64,000 nucleotides of DNA from Phoronis australis. Its lineage: Eukaryota > Animalia > Phoronida. Below the pieces are notes generated by a model. The model saw only the letters and a program-made list of their open reading frames with translations, had not been told where the DNA came from and did no database searches. Where the stretch lies: NCBI GenBank assembly GCA_002633005.1, contig NMRA01000175.1, positions 379,831 through 443,830 of the forward strand, in the 5' to 3' direction. Positions 61,178-64,000 of this stretch are shown one piece after another (within the stretch, counting starts at the first letter, position 1; every line of letters begins with the position of its first letter). The position numbers and the translations under genes are program-made.

Positions 61178-63750
61178 CTCGAAAATGCTCCGTGTGATCG
61201 CTGATTAAATGTTATTCCCAGGGACTACATTCCACATTCTTACCTCTAATTCTCAGCTGGAATTTAGAAATATAACTTGAATGTGCTCCCTGGAACTGGA
61301 AATTTGTGTGGGGAGCATTTTCGGTGCTTATGTGGAATTACAAGACTTGTATCACGGGTTCGGTGGCTGTTGGTACGACACTGGCGTTAGGGGTATTGTA
61401 ACTGGAATACAGAGGTGCTTAGATGAATAGAGTTTCCACCTCTTGATTACAAGACACTTAGCGGAGCAGTGTTCTTAATGAAAAAAACAGCGTGAATTAC
61501 ATGACTCGTGGATCTTTTATAATTATCTGCAATGGCTTGAATCACGTGCATACATTGGAATAAATGCAGCTGTTTTACGGTTAAGTAAGATCCTTTGAAA
61601 ATTCCCAAATTTGGGCAAATTCGGAATATCATATCTCAAAATTGAGTGATTGAATTCTTTCGAAACTTTCAAATACTATGCTTTATGCTAGTAATTGTTT
61701 CTAAATGTTCCACTGTTATACCGAGGGCTATCAAAATAATTGGACTTTGAAATTTTCATGAAAAAATCAAAACTATATAAAACGAAAACGAAATTATAAC
61801 ATAGAAAACTGTAACAATGTTTTTGAAAATTCATTTTCAAGGTATATATTAAGCAAAATTTGGTTATATTTTTGATAACATTCTGCTATCGACGTCCCTT
61901 CTTTTTTACTAAATTTTGATAAAAAACACATGGTCACGGGAGCCAATTTCGTGAACATGCAAAAATCAAACTTTAATAAGCTTTCTAGTTTCAAAAGGTA
62001 TGTACTTTTACTGAGTAAAATCTATAGTTTTGTACATATTTTGGTAAGTACACAGACTTTTCGATAAGACCTTACATAACCACTGTTTGTGAGGGGAGCA
62101 TTCAAAGTGAATGTTAATCAGCACGAATTATGAGTTCTGAAAATTTATGATGTAATGATATACAAACGGATTTCATTAAATTCATTGGCCATGAAATTTG
62201 AATAATGACGGCCATTATTTGCATGAGTTATGCAAAATGTTCATGTAGCAGCCTGCAGCTGCAAACTGATTTCGTTAAATTAATTGACGTTAATAGAAAC
62301 ATAGATGTTAACCGACTCCATATCGTTTACCTGTGGTACTTGGTACCCCAGTTATATAACCACAAGCATGTTTTTAGTAATGGCGACCTTAATTTGCATA
62401 ATTTATGCAAAGTCACGATTCATACACCTGCAAATGGTTATAGTGAATTCACTGACCTTAGAAACATAGGTAAAAACATTAAAATAACCTCATGTCTTTG
62501 GTGTTTGGTAAAGAAGTTATAATCAAAAACAGACTTTGCATAATGATGGCGTTAAGTCTTTGCAATAAAACTATTCAGTTTAAGAAGAAAAAGAAAGAAA
62601 GACTGATAGCAGCATGAAATATTTGAATGTACAAATTAACATGCTATTTGACGTGACCCAAAACCACTATACACCCGTTTTTGAAGATATTTTTAACAAT
62701 ATTAAAAGGAATTACGCGACCTACGTGAAGTTATCATGAAATGAACAATGATTACAAATCAAGCACGATGGATTGAACACAGTTAGAAGCCATCGAAATA
62801 TTTTCTAGTTTGTGAAAAATATCAGAGCAGTGTTGACTAGAACAGAGAAACAATTACATATCAAGCTAAATTGGAAGTAATCAATTTTTACAAGTTGCTG
62901 CTCAGAAGTAGAGATGGTCAGTTATCTGATAATAAATCAAATATTTTAGTTAGCAATTATAATGCTGTTAAAAATATATCACGCATACGCGATCTTGCGA
63001 TCAAGCAGGATTCCAAGTTAATGCATGCCAGGTTTACCTCTACTTAGCACTAGCAGTAGAGATGATGATGCTCCCATAGGCTGGAAGCATTATGCCTCAT
63101 GCTGATTAAGCAATCAAAAGTCTCATTGCTGCCTTTTACGCATAGAGGTAGCCTTGGTACAAAGCTGTATATAAATATACAGCTTTGCACCGATGTGGGT
63201 AAAAAAGTGGTAAGATAAATTCTGACACAAAATTAGTGTCGTTAAAAACTAGTCTTCCTTGAGTAAACAAAATTATTTAACAGTGTTGGAAAAATGGCGT
63301 TCTACCGTTATTCTGCTGCTAAAGTTGTGGAGCGATCTTTAGCGACGGCTTTCGGTGCCATTAAATATTGCGTCACCTATTGGCCAGTTTCTTTTTTCGC
63401 CGATTCTTCAATCAACTGCTGTTCTTTCACGAGCTTGCATAGTCATCACAACAAATTATTGGAACTGGTTTCACTTCATTACAAGTTTTTAAAATTTCGA
63501 TAACGAAAAACCGAATTTCAGAACAAATTTTACTTCTCTGAAGTTGTCGCGAAAATTTAGGAAATGGCGCGTGCGCGTGACAGGAGTGTATTGTTTTCAA
63601 AACGACGACATCAGGCCCGTAGCCAGGGGGGTTCGAGGGGTTCGATCGACCGTGTGCGTTTCCATTCTTTTAAATTCAGTACACGCCTGTGATAATTAAA
63701 TTCACTATAGATAGTCCTCCATTGTTGCTCAAAAATCAGACATTTAACTA

Positions 63751-63890
63751 CATGGGCGGCGCACCGTAGGGGGTTGGGGGGCTATAGTCCTCACTTTCTT
63801 CAGTGCTGCGCCGCCCATGTTCTATGCCGGGGGGCGGTGCACCACAGGGGGGATATATAGTCCTCACTTTTGTCGGTGCTGCACCCACAT
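63751..63890. mobile_element. Two tandem copies of the ~68-bp CATGGGCGGCGCA mini-MITE
   Basis: Perfect 13-bp TIR in the first copy (63751-63819); diverged second copy follows. Confidence 0.75.
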
Positions 63891-64000
63891 GAACTACCGT
63901 ATTTTCTTGCACTATGAAAATCCCGATGAACATGTTTATATTAGGGAAAAGTAGGTCCAGACCTAATATAAACTTTGGTCAATGAAGAAAGTCTTCTGTC

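Overview
Animal (invertebrate-like, AT-rich) genomic DNA. Bases ~1.8-32.9 kb hold the 3' part of one + strand latrophilin/Cirl-type adhesion GPCR gene: second half of the SUEL/rhamnose-binding lectin domain, mucin stalk, HRM, GAIN with an intact HL|TNFAVLL GPS, 7TM and a long C-tail. No olfactomedin domain is seen, and the 5' exons lie upstream of the window. I reconstructed the exons by hand from GT/AG sites and phase continuity. The main result is a putative combinatorial splicing system: three tandemly duplicated lectin-domain exons whose phases make them mutually exclusive (1809-1918, 2138-2244, 3957-4066), with clustered sense-strand TGCATG motifs between and after them; a symmetric 1797-nt mucin exon plus a 36-nt exon; and four symmetric phase-2 cassette exons in intracellular loop 3, two carrying recognisable signalling motifs. 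From ~34 kb on the window is decayed and nested transposons (DIRS, hAT, Kolobok/THAP, pogo, L1/Tx1, MITEs, satellites) with two assembly gaps. All splicing calls are inferred from genomic sequence only and need transcript data.
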